A DNA stretch of 64,000 nt. It comes from Flammeovirgaceae bacterium UBA5008 (lineage in GTDB: Bacteria; Bacteroidota; Bacteroidia; Cytophagales; Cyclobacteriaceae). The translations under genes were made by a program, and so were the position numbers. Under the pieces are notes generated by a model. That model ran no database searches. It was given only the letters and a program-made list of their open reading frames with translations, and was not told where the DNA came from. The DNA is taken from NCBI GenBank assembly GCA_002398365.1, contig DGYK01000063.1, forward strand, positions 460,813-524,812, in the 5' to 3' direction. Positions 19,675-29,500 of the stretch are shown piece after piece (within the stretch, counting starts at the first letter, position 1; every line of letters begins with the position of its first letter).

Positions 19675-21537
19675 CTACTTTCTCCGGAGCACAATTTGTT
19701 CATCCTCCTTAGCCAGTATGAGATCAAACATCTCCTTTAAAAGTTTGTACTCGCTTATTGTAAATCTGCTTTTCGTTACTATAAATTGAGTCGTTAGCTG
19801 AATGGTATTGGTTGTTGATGATATATTATAAAGAAATTTTCCCGCGTTCTCTGGAAGTATAATTCCTTTTGATTTGGGCAACGACTCAATTTTAAATCCA
19901 TCAGGTATTGTAATCTTAGCCATGTATATTTTTTCAAATGCGGTTACCAAATCCACTGGAAATTTTCGTTCGTTTGATTTAAAGGAATTTTCAGTGAGTT
20001 TATTAATCAGGATCGGGTTAAAATAAATGAGTGAATCTGTTAGCACGCCAAATGCAGAACCGGAAATAATATATGATTCTTTTAATGATTTGTCTGGATT
20101 AATTAAATTTTCAATTTTATTTTCGGTCGCATTCCATTGAAAAGGTGTGAAGAATTCTTTGTAATACTCCTTTTCACCCGACTTACTAACTTTAGTTCGA
20201 ACTGACAATGCATCTAGGCCATCTCTTACAATTGTCATAGATCCATGGATTCCACCTGAATCTGATATACCAAAGTTTGCATTAACCGCAGACCTCGATT
20301 TTGAGGCTATAATAGGCATCCATTCACCCTCTTCTTCATAGATTACTAAGCCTTCACCATTCAGGCAACGAATAGGTAATGAGTAAGCGCTAAGGTGTTG
20401 ATCGGTTCCATCAATAAGACGATATTTTTCATTTTGTGGAACGAAGCAAATAACATCATTGAATTCACGCATAGAGTGTGTATTTCTGATTTTTCCGTGA
20501 TTTCGAGTACTTATAAGCATAGGAAAAGCCTTTACCCCGGTCTTTTGAAGCAGGGCGATAATCAATAGATTGATTTCGTTTGAACTACCCTCTTTGTTTT
20601 CTAAAACCTTTTCAAATGATCGCTCAGGTATAATCCCAACGTTCTCGTTCCATTTTACTTCTTTTTTAACGTACGAAACGATTGCATTAATTCGTTCGTC
20701 TTCAGAATTGCTTCCATCAATAGTTTTTTTGGCAATTGGCTCTAAGAATTTTGATTCTTTGATTTGCTGACCGAAGTACTCATCATTATTTAAATTGTTG
20801 ATAATGGATAGCCAAGATAAACCCGATCTGTAAAAGCTAATTTTTGAGATGTAATCTTCTGAATTTGAAATAAAAGGTTCTTCAATAAAGGCAGGCACAT
20901 CTCGCATAGTCCAACTTTCAACAGCTCCACCTTTTTCAGAAACATTTTCGGTAATTGGTAGTAGTCCCTGAAAGTCTTTTGTAAATCTAAACCGCTTCCC
21001 TACCGATATTGCGTAATTGCTAAATTTAGTAGGTATAATGTCTTGGAAGCGCCAAGTCGGAATACTAGGAGCATATGACTTATATATATATTGGTATTCG
21101 ATTATTGATCCTTCTTTAACATTAGGCAGCGTAAATATGATTTGGTTCGTAGATTGGTCGTATCGACTTTTCAAGATGGCATCTTTAGCCATTTCAGAAA
21201 CAACAATTTGACCGTTTACTAAATTGTAAGTAGCCCCTTTTAATTTTGAAATACTCGCATAGTTCCGGTCGATATAAATGGAATGTTTTGAAAATTGTTG
21301 AATGAATTGTTTAGCAAAAAACTTAATTCGCACATGGCATTTGTAGTGGATAGTAAAATCATCGAATAAAAGTACCTCTGCGACATTAAATAAAATTAGC
21401 GCAGACGCAGAAGAATCTTTATGATACCATTTCATTTCTAAATCGGACATCCGCACTTCACCAAATTTTTCTGGAGAGTTTTGAGCCTGACTAAAATGTA
21501 ACCCAGGAAGAAATGCCAATAAAAAATAAATTCTCAT
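19675..21537 (-). CDS. secreted DUF3857/DUF3858-like transglutaminase-fold paralog (Cys/His replaced)
   Basis: The signal peptide is MRIYFLLAFLPGLHFSQAQ. The core segments are SSNEINLLIIALL, FNDVICFV and LIDGTD. It shares the P.RCLNG.G motif with the two neighbouring paralogs. Confidence 0.7.
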   Translation of the reverse strand: MRIYFLLAFLPGLHFSQAQNSPEKFGEVRMSDLEMKWYHKDSSASALILFNVAEVLLFDDFTIHYKCHVRIKFFAKQFIQQFSKHSIYIDRNYASISKLKGATYNLVNGQIVVSEMAKDAILKSRYDQSTNQIIFTLPNVKEGSIIEYQYIYKSYAPSIPTWRFQDIIPTKFSNYAISVGKRFRFTKDFQGLLPITENVSEKGGAVESWTMRDVPAFIEEPFISNSEDYISKISFYRSGLSWLSIINNLNNDEYFGQQIKESKFLEPIAKKTIDGSNSEDERINAIVSYVKKEVKWNENVGIIPERSFEKVLENKEGSSNEINLLIIALLQKTGVKAFPMLISTRNHGKIRNTHSMREFNDVICFVPQNEKYRLIDGTDQHLSAYSLPIRCLNGEGLVIYEEEGEWMPIIASKSRSAVNANFGISDSGGIHGSMTIVRDGLDALSVRTKVSKSGEKEYYKEFFTPFQWNATENKIENLINPDKSLKESYIISGSAFGVLTDSLIYFNPILINKLTENSFKSNERKFPVDLVTAFEKIYMAKITIPDGFKIESLPKSKGIILPENAGKFLYNISSTTNTIQLTTQFIVTKSRFTISEYKLLKEMFDLILAKEDEQIVLRRK

Positions 21538-21599
21538 ATTTGAATCGGTATAATAGATAAATATAATTCAGTGCATTATTAGCAGCGCTATATCAATCA

Positions 21600-23552
21600 A
21601 TGAATATAATAAAGTTGTTAGCATTCGCCTTATTTTATATCTTAACTACACACGGCTACGCTCAAGATCATGGCTTCCCTTTTGGAACAACAGTAACACT
21701 TAATGACCACCTGAAACCTAAATATGAAATAGACTCAACAGCCAATGCCATAGTGCTGAATGAGTTTGGTGATGCCTATTTTAACAATGATGGCAGCAGG
21801 CTTCTCGTTGAAATTCATAGTAAGATAAAAATTTTGAAATCAAGCGGAGTTGAAAAAGGAAACTTTAAAATTCTGCTCCGCAAAGGCGTTTCTGTTCGGG
21901 ATGAATTAGAAGATTTACAAGGAGCAACATTTAACATTTCCAATGGAGCGATTCGAAGGTTTGAGCTGGAGAAGAAATCAATATTTCGTGAAACAGATAC
22001 GAATTATGAATGGATCAAGTTCACCCTACCAAATGTGCAAGTGGGATCGGTAATTGAGGTTAAATATTTGATATCAACACCCTTTCTGCTAAACTATTGG
22101 CCTTGGGAATTTCAATCGGATATACCAAAGCTCTATTCAGAATTTTGTGCCCACATAAGTGCAAATTATGTTTACAATATTTCAATGCGGGGATTTTTGA
22201 AGTTAGATAAAAATGATCATGAACTGCGTAGCAGCCCCGTGTTAGATGTGGACGTGTTGAAACTAGGAATTAAAAATATTCCTGCTTTTCGTGAAGAACA
22301 ATTTATGACGGCAAAAAGCAATTTCCTTTCAGCAGTGCATTTTGAACTGGCAGAAATTCGTCATTTTAATGGCACGAAAAATAAAATTTCGAAAGAGTGG
22401 AAGGATGTGGCCCAAGAGCTATTCGATCACGAAGACTTCGGCACTCAAATTAAACGAGCCCGAAATCTTTTTGAGGATAAATTGTCCTTTATGACCGGAG
22501 GAGCAATCTCCCCTATTGAAAAAGCGAAGCAAATATTTGGATGGATTCAATCTCGATATCAATGGAATGAATACTTGGGCAAATACACAGATAAAGGGGT
22601 GAGAAATGCCTACGAAAACAAGAAGGGAAACGTAGGTGATATCAATATTTCTCTACTGGGTGCGTTGCAAGCAGCTGAAATTACAGCCAACCCTGTTATT
22701 CTTTCAACACGAGAAAATGGCTTACCCACATCGCTTTATCCAGTGCTAAGCGAATTCAACTATGTAATCGTCCAAGTGCAAATAGGTGAAGAAAGTTTTT
22801 TATTAGATGCCACAGATCCATTTATTCCATTTGGTATTATTCCGGAACGATGCCTCAACGGAACGGGCCGCTTACTCACCAAAAAGGAAGCTACCGAAGT
22901 AGACTTAATGCCGAAAACGAAATCACGAACCGTTTCAAATTTATCACTCAAACTCAACACTGAAGGAGAACTTACAGGTACGTTACAAATAAAATATTAT
23001 GGATATGATGCCGTGAACAAACGAAAACAAATAATGTCGTTTGCTCAAACATCGTTATATACAAAAGCAATCAGCGACCGCTGGAAAGTGCGAGAATTGA
23101 GAAATCATAAAATCGAGAATTTACCTGATTTGGAGAAAACACTTACAGAAGAAATGGAAATTGATTTTAATTCCCACGATGCCTCTAGCGCTGAGCGCAT
23201 TTATTTCAATCCTTTTATCATTGGACAGTGGAACTCTAATCCATTCGTTGCCAGTGAACGAAAATACCCGGTGGATTTTGGTGTAGCGCAAGAAGAAATC
23301 ATTTTGCTAAACCTTGAGTATCCGGCAGACTATAAGTTGGATGAAATTCCTAAAAACATGGCGCTCGCTATGCCCGATAAAGGCGGCATGTTTAAATTCA
23401 ATTTCAATAACATCGGCAATAAGTTGAATATCTACTATTCACTCAACCTGACAAAACCGGTATACGATTCGTCAGAATATTTTTCGTTGAAAGATTTGTT
23501 TGAGCGAATGTTGCAATTAAAACAAACCGATTTAGTGTTTATTAAGTTGTAA
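21600..23552 (+). CDS. secreted DUF3857/DUF3858-like transglutaminase-fold paralog (Cys/His replaced)
   Basis: The signal peptide is MNIIKLLAFALFYILTTHGYAQ. The core segments are VGDINISLLGAL, FNYVIVQV and LLDATD. It is divergently transcribed from the 19675-21537 paralog. Confidence 0.7.
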   Translation: MNIIKLLAFALFYILTTHGYAQDHGFPFGTTVTLNDHLKPKYEIDSTANAIVLNEFGDAYFNNDGSRLLVEIHSKIKILKSSGVEKGNFKILLRKGVSVRDELEDLQGATFNISNGAIRRFELEKKSIFRETDTNYEWIKFTLPNVQVGSVIEVKYLISTPFLLNYWPWEFQSDIPKLYSEFCAHISANYVYNISMRGFLKLDKNDHELRSSPVLDVDVLKLGIKNIPAFREEQFMTAKSNFLSAVHFELAEIRHFNGTKNKISKEWKDVAQELFDHEDFGTQIKRARNLFEDKLSFMTGGAISPIEKAKQIFGWIQSRYQWNEYLGKYTDKGVRNAYENKKGNVGDINISLLGALQAAEITANPVILSTRENGLPTSLYPVLSEFNYVIVQVQIGEESFLLDATDPFIPFGIIPERCLNGTGRLLTKKEATEVDLMPKTKSRTVSNLSLKLNTEGELTGTLQIKYYGYDAVNKRKQIMSFAQTSLYTKAISDRWKVRELRNHKIENLPDLEKTLTEEMEIDFNSHDASSAERIYFNPFIIGQWNSNPFVASERKYPVDFGVAQEEIILLNLEYPADYKLDEIPKNMALAMPDKGGMFKFNFNNIGNKLNIYYSLNLTKPVYDSSEYFSLKDLFERMLQLKQTDLVFIKL

Positions 23553-23573
23553 TTTCGGGCTTCAGTAAAATCA

Positions 23574-24962
23574 ATGGCCAAATCTAAAACAACTTTCTTC
23601 TGTCAAAATTGTGGGTATGAATCCGCCAAATGGCTGGGCAAATGTCCCTCTTGCAATGAGTGGAATTCATTTGTAGAAGAAATCGTAGCGAAAGAAGATT
23701 CTAATAAAAATGAGTGGAAGCCGGAGCCGGGTAAAGCGCGTCAGGAAAAACCGCGAACACTCAGCGAGATAGAATCGACTAGAGAAATCCGAGTAGACTC
23801 GTCTGATCAGGAACTCAACCGTGTGTTGGGCGGTGGCATTGTATTTGGATCATTAGTATTGATTGGAGGCGAACCGGGCATAGGAAAATCCACCTTGATG
23901 CTTCAGGTAGGCCTTGCGTTGCATAAACTGAAAGTTCTGTATGTCTCGGGTGAAGAAAGTGACCAGCAAATCAAAATGCGGGCCGAGCGACTGCGAGGTC
24001 CATCTAAAGAAGCATACGATCATTTTTTTGTACTCACAGAAACGAATACAAGAAATATTTTTCAAGCCGTTGAGTCTATTCAACCTCAGCTGCTCATCAT
24101 CGATTCGATTCAAACGCTGCACTCGCACCAACTTGATTCCGTTGCCGGAAGTGTTGGCCAAGTACGTCAATGTGCTGCGGAGCTGATGAAGTTCGCGAAA
24201 GAGACAAACACTCCGGTATTTTTAGTGGGCCACATTACGAAAGATGGAATGCTGGCGGGTCCGAAAGTTTTAGAGCACATGGTGGATACGGTGTTGCAAT
24301 TTGAAGGTGATCGACATCTTGCTTACAGAATTTTACGCACCACCAAAAATCGTTTTGGTTCAACCTCGGAAATTGGAATCTACGAAATGCTTGGCAATGG
24401 CTTGCGCGAAGTATCCAACCCATCGGAGATTTTGATTTCACAGAAAGATGGCAACTTGAGTGGAGCAACCATTGGTGCCACTATCGAAGGGAACCGACCT
24501 TTATTAATAGAAATTCAATCGCTAGTAAGCTCTGCTTCGTATGGCACACCGCAACGCACACCTACCGGTTTCGATCAAAAGCGATTGAACATGTTGCTGG
24601 CCGTTTTAGAAAAACGATGTGGTTTTCGGATGGGAACACAAGATGTATTTCTGAATATGGCCGGTGGAATTACTGTGGAAGATCCAGCGATTGACTTGGC
24701 CATTTGCATTTCCATTATATCATCGATGGAAGAGATTCCGGTATCTGATAAAATTTGCTTTGCAGCTGAAGTTGGTCTTGGTGGCGAATTGCGCGCGGTC
24801 AATCGAATTGATCAGCGAATTTCAGAAGCAGAAAAACTGGGCTTTCAAGAAATTTATATTTCCAAGTACAGCCACAAGTCACTCGACTTGCAGAAAACGA
24901 AAATCAAAGTCAAATCATTTGGCAAATTGACCGAGGTGTTTAAAGAATTGTTTGCGAATTGA
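23574..24962 (+). CDS. radA: DNA repair protein RadA/Sms
   Basis: It has the N-terminal zinc finger CQNCGYESAKWLGKCPSCNEW, the Walker A motif GGEPGIGKST, the KNRFG motif and a C-terminal Lon-like domain. Confidence 0.95.
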   Translation: MAKSKTTFFCQNCGYESAKWLGKCPSCNEWNSFVEEIVAKEDSNKNEWKPEPGKARQEKPRTLSEIESTREIRVDSSDQELNRVLGGGIVFGSLVLIGGEPGIGKSTLMLQVGLALHKLKVLYVSGEESDQQIKMRAERLRGPSKEAYDHFFVLTETNTRNIFQAVESIQPQLLIIDSIQTLHSHQLDSVAGSVGQVRQCAAELMKFAKETNTPVFLVGHITKDGMLAGPKVLEHMVDTVLQFEGDRHLAYRILRTTKNRFGSTSEIGIYEMLGNGLREVSNPSEILISQKDGNLSGATIGATIEGNRPLLIEIQSLVSSASYGTPQRTPTGFDQKRLNMLLAVLEKRCGFRMGTQDVFLNMAGGITVEDPAIDLAICISIISSMEEIPVSDKICFAAEVGLGGELRAVNRIDQRISEAEKLGFQEIYISKYSHKSLDLQKTKIKVKSFGKLTEVFKELFAN

Positions 24963-24963
24963 T

Positions 24964-26178
24964 ATGCTTTCGGATCAGTTAAAATCTCTTCTCAAAAAAG
25001 AAATACAAGACTTTATTTATTTGAATGAGCAATTAGATGAAAATAAACTGATCTTGTCGCAGCGTGAATTGAAGTTAGTTCCAACCACCCTCATTGCACA
25101 TCAAATTACTGGCAGGCGAAAAGCGAAATACAAATTGCCTACTTGGTACAGAACACCACAAATTGTTTATCCACCTTCGCTCAATCTGGAGCAATCTTCC
25201 TCAGAGACTACCGCTGAATACAAGCGCCAATTTTTGCTTCGCCATGTTTCTAAAAGAGCAAAAGCAATTGACCTGACCGGTGGTTTCGGGATCGACACCT
25301 TCTTTTTCTCTAAGATCTTTGATCAGGTGGATTATGTAGATCGAAACAAAGAATTACTCTCCATTGCGCAGCACAATCATCTTCAGCTTGACGCGACTAA
25401 CATCTTTTATCACGCCCATGATGCAGAAGAAATGATTTCCCAATCAACTCAGTGGGATTTTGTTTACATCGATCCTTCCCGCAGAGATGAACAGGCCAAA
25501 AAGTTAGTTCGACTGGCCGACACACAACCCAATGTGGTGGAGTTACAAACAGCGCTTTTAGAAAAAACAGATCATATCCTGATCAAAACGTCTCCACTGT
25601 TAGATATTCAAGCCGCTTTGCGCGAACTGAAATTCGTGAAAACAGTAACCGTACTTTCGGTTGATAATGAATGCAAGGAGCTTTTATTTTTTATCAGCAA
25701 AAACAGTGGCCCACCACCGACTATTGAAGCGGTTAATATTGTATCTGCATCGCAGCATCAGCTGTTTGAATTTAAATTGGAAGAGGAGGCAAACGCAATT
25801 GTGTCTTTTTCAGATCCGCTTACCTTTATCTACGAGCCCAATGCCTCCATACTAAAAGCGGGTGCATTTAAATCAATAGCACAAAAGTTTTCTTTAACGA
25901 AGCTCAGCAAGAGTACACATCTCTATACATCATCTCATTTATTCGAAAACTTTCCGGGCAGATTATTTAAAGTAATTAAACTTCAGCCGGACGAGAGCGA
26001 TTTCGCAGCTATTCCTCACCGGCAAATCAATGTGACTACCCGCAACTATCCGCTGTCACCCGAAGAAATCAAGAAGAAATACAAATTGAAAGATGGAGGC
26101 GACCAGTTTTTAATTGGATGCAGCGGTGTCAATAAAAAGTTTTTGGTATTGGCAGAGGTTATAAAGCCACACCCATAA
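24964..26178 (+). CDS. class I SAM-dependent methyltransferase with THUMP-like C-terminal region
   Basis: Motif I-like AIDLTGGFGIDTFFFS is present and the length is about 400 aa. The ATG at 24964 lies immediately after the radA stop (24960-24962). The TTG at 24952 in the track is less likely. Confidence 0.65.
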   Translation: MLSDQLKSLLKKEIQDFIYLNEQLDENKLILSQRELKLVPTTLIAHQITGRRKAKYKLPTWYRTPQIVYPPSLNLEQSSSETTAEYKRQFLLRHVSKRAKAIDLTGGFGIDTFFFSKIFDQVDYVDRNKELLSIAQHNHLQLDATNIFYHAHDAEEMISQSTQWDFVYIDPSRRDEQAKKLVRLADTQPNVVELQTALLEKTDHILIKTSPLLDIQAALRELKFVKTVTVLSVDNECKELLFFISKNSGPPPTIEAVNIVSASQHQLFEFKLEEEANAIVSFSDPLTFIYEPNASILKAGAFKSIAQKFSLTKLSKSTHLYTSSHLFENFPGRLFKVIKLQPDESDFAAIPHRQINVTTRNYPLSPEEIKKKYKLKDGGDQFLIGCSGVNKKFLVLAEVIKPHP

Positions 26179-26350
26179 TCCAGTAAGCCAGCAAAAAGAA
26201 AAGTGAAATTGATCCGTACACCAAAATAATTTTCTTTCGGTTTTGTACGTCTTCCCACCACAGCATTACCCAAGGCTTAAACAAACCGATCACTAAAAAC
26301 AGTGCGGAAGAGATGGACAGTAACAAAAACATCAACCGAAGGTTCTCCAT
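26159..26350 (-). CDS. small two-TM membrane protein (hypothetical)
   Basis: It is a 63-aa ORF with two hydrophobic stretches (LMFLLLSISSALFLVIGLF and ILVYGSISLFFLLAYWIMGV). Its 3' end overlaps the convergent methyltransferase gene by 20 nt. No family recognised. Confidence 0.35.
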   Translation of the reverse strand: MENLRLMFLLLSISSALFLVIGLFKPWVMLWWEDVQNRKKIILVYGSISLFFLLAYWIMGVAL

Positions 26351-26480
26351 ACCGCAAAGTTAATCCGAATTTTACGATTCGTTTTTCCTGTTAGCCACGG
26401 GCTTCAGCCTGTGGTAAAGAAAAGATTTTCTGAGATGACCAAAATTAGAAATGAACATGTGATGATCTTATTTATCGTGG

Positions 26481-26488
26481 TATATTTG
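26481..26488 (+). promoter_or_regulatory. candidate Bacteroidota -7 promoter element (TAnnTTTG) upstream of mfd
   Basis: TATATTTG lies 17 nt upstream of the mfd TTG start at 26505. This is a motif match only. Confidence 0.3.
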
Positions 26489-26504
26489 CCGCTCATTTTT
26501 TCGG

Positions 26505-29500
26505 TTGAAAGCGGCAGATTTCATTTCTCTTTATCGAGCAGACGGTTTTATACAAACCTTGGCTGAAGGGATTCGTACGCTCTCTCCTAAAAGCCCAACC
26601 TCGAAAGACGAAGCCTCTACCATTCAGGTAAAAGGATTGCACGGTAGTGCAGATGCTGTCGTGCTGGCGGCTGTTTATAAAAGTGTGCGTGCCAATCATG
26701 TGGTGATTTTGCACGATAAAGAAGAAGCTTCCTTTTTTATCAACGACCTGCAAAACCTGTTGGAGGAAAAGGAAATTTTTCTTTTCCCGATGTCGTATAA
26801 AAGGCCCTACGAATACGATGAGATAGAAAATGCCAACGTGCTGATGCGCGCGGAGGTACTCAATCAGTTGAGCAGCCACCCGGAAGGCAACATCATCATC
26901 ACGTATCCCGAAGCGCTCTCTGAAAAAGTAATCAACAAGAAATCGCTCTCCTCCAACACGTTTATTGTTCAAAAGGGCGAGCAACTGGACCGTGAGTTTC
27001 TGGAAGAATTTTTACACACCTACGATTTTGAAAAAACTGATTTTGTTTTTGAAGCCGGTCAGTTCGCTATTCGTGGAGGTATCATTGACGTGTTTTCGTT
27101 TGCCAATGAATTACCCTTTCGTATTGAATTATTCGGCAATGAGGTAGACAGCATTCGCAGCTTTGATCCGGGCTCGCAGCTTTCGGTAGATGTGCTGGAG
27201 CGCGTGAGCCTCATGCCCAACGTACAAACTCGGTTGGTACAAGAAGAGCGTCAATCGATCTTTGAATTTATTTCTGCAACCTCACGTGTTTGGATAAAAG
27301 ATGCACGCCTTACGGCAGATATCGTTGGCAAATGTTTTGACAAAGCAAGTCAGAGTTTTGATCGTGTGCTCGCAGAAGGTGGAAATGTAAAGGTGGTGAT
27401 GGAACCTCACCATCTCTTCGATCCGCAAACTGATTTTGAAGAACGGCTGGCAAAATTTTCAAAGATTGAATTCGGATCGCGCTTTCATTATGCACCTTCA
27501 AAGACAGTAGAATTTAAAACCTCCGTGCAGCCGGCCTTCAACAAAAATTTTGAACTGCTGGCGGCTAATTTACTTGAATTCCAACAACAAGGTTTTGGCA
27601 ACTTTATCGCAGCGGAACAACCCAAACAAGCCGAGCGCTTGCACGGAGTGTTTGAAGAGATTCATCCTGAACTGAAATTTCAAACACTTTCATTTTCCCT
27701 TCGTCAGGGATTTGTGGATCACAACCTGAAAGTAGTTTGCTATACCGATCATCAGATTTTTGAGCGCTACCATCGCTACAAAAGCAAAGAGAAATTTTCT
27801 AAATCAAAAGCACTTACTTTCCGCGATTTGCAGACCATGCAACCGGGCGATTTTGTGACGCACATTGATTATGGTATCGGAAAATTTGCTGGCCTTGAAA
27901 AGAAAGAAGTAAACGGGCGTGAGCAAGAAGCCATCCGCCTTATTTTCAGAGATGATGATATTCTGTATGTCAGCATTCATGCGCTTCATAAAATTTCGAA
28001 ATACTCCGGCAAAGATGGTGCGCTTCCTTCCATCAGTAAGCTGGGCAGTGGCGAGTGGGATAGCAAAAAAGCCAAAGTCAAGAAGAAGGTAAAAGACATT
28101 GCCAAAGAGTTGATTGACTTGTATGCCAAGCGAAAAGGGGCGCCCGGTTTTGCTTATGCAGAAGATGGGTTCTTACAGGCAGAGTTAGAGTCTTCTTTTA
28201 TTTACGAGGACACACCCGATCAAGCGAAAGCCACCGAAGATGTAAAGAAAGATATGCAGCAACCGCACCCGATGGATCGATTGGTGTGTGGCGATGTGGG
28301 CTTCGGTAAAACAGAAGTGGCCATTCGTGCGGCATTTAAAGCAGCTACTGAAGGAAAACAAGTGGCAGTGCTCGTGCCCACCACCATTTTGGCGATGCAG
28401 CACTATCGCACTTTTTCAGAACGTCTTTCCAATTTCCCGATTAAGATAGAATACGTATCGCGATTCAAAACAGAAAAAGAGATCAAGGAAATTATCAATG
28501 AAGTGAAGGAAGGGAAAGTGAACATTATCATTGGCACACACCGTGTGGTAAGCAAAGATGTTGTGTTTAAAGATTTGGGCTTGTTGGTAATTGATGAAGA
28601 GCAGAAGTTTGGTGTGAAGGTGAAAGACCGCCTCAAAGAACTGAAGGTAAACGTAGATGTACTCACTCTCACCGCTACGCCTATTCCGCGCACATTGCAT
28701 TTTTCATTGATGGGTGCACGCGATCTGAGCATCATCGCCACACCACCTCCCAATCGTCAGCCGGTAACGACTGAATTACACACTTTTGATGAAGTGATTA
28801 TTCGTGATGCGGTAAGCTACGAATTGAAACGAGGAGGGCAGGTATTTTTTGTGCACAACCGCATCAGCGATATTGATCAAATTGCGAATGTAATTTTTAA
28901 ACTCGTTCCGGACTCGCGCATTGGCATTGCCCACGGACAAATGGATGGCGATAAGCTGGAGAAAGTGATGCTCAAATTTATCGAAGGAGAGTACGATGTG
29001 TTGGTGTCTACCAATATTATCGAATCGGGTTTGGACATCCCCAATTCAAACACCATTATTATTAACCACGCCAATTTGTTTGGCTTAAGTGATTTGCATC
29101 AGATGCGTGGCCGCGTAGGTCGCTCGAACAAAAAAGCATTTTGTTATTTGCTCACCCCACCTACTTCCGTGCTCTCCTCCGATTCGCGAAAGCGTTTGGC
29201 AGCCTTGGAAGAGTTTTCTGATTTGGGCGATGGCTTTAAGGTGGCCATGCGCGATTTGGATATTCGTGGAGCCGGTAATTTGCTTGGCGCTGAACAGAGT
29301 GGGTTCATCACTGACCTGGGTTTTGACACTTATCATAAGATATTGGATGACGCCATTCAGGAACTGAAGGAGACAGAGTTCAAAGATTTGTTTGCCGAAG
29401 AGCTCACAGCCAAGGCGAAGTTGATCGTTCAAGACTGTGTGATTGAAACAGATCTCGAAATCTTAATTCCCGACACCTATATTAATAATACCAGCGAGCG

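Noticed and set aside
26395-26414. GC-rich hairpin CCACGGGCT-TC-AGCCTGTGG in the divergent region upstream of mfd, considered as a terminator or REP element
   Set aside because: No T-tract follows it on either strand and I saw no second copy in the window. It could still be a regulatory stem, but nothing supports a specific call.
26493-26984. 163-aa minus-strand ORF antisense to the 5' part of mfd
   Set aside because: It lies entirely within the well-supported mfd frame and has no recognisable motifs.
28403-28753. Minus-strand ORFs (116 aa and 94 aa) antisense to the mfd helicase core
   Set aside because: These are shadow ORFs inside a strongly conserved coding region.
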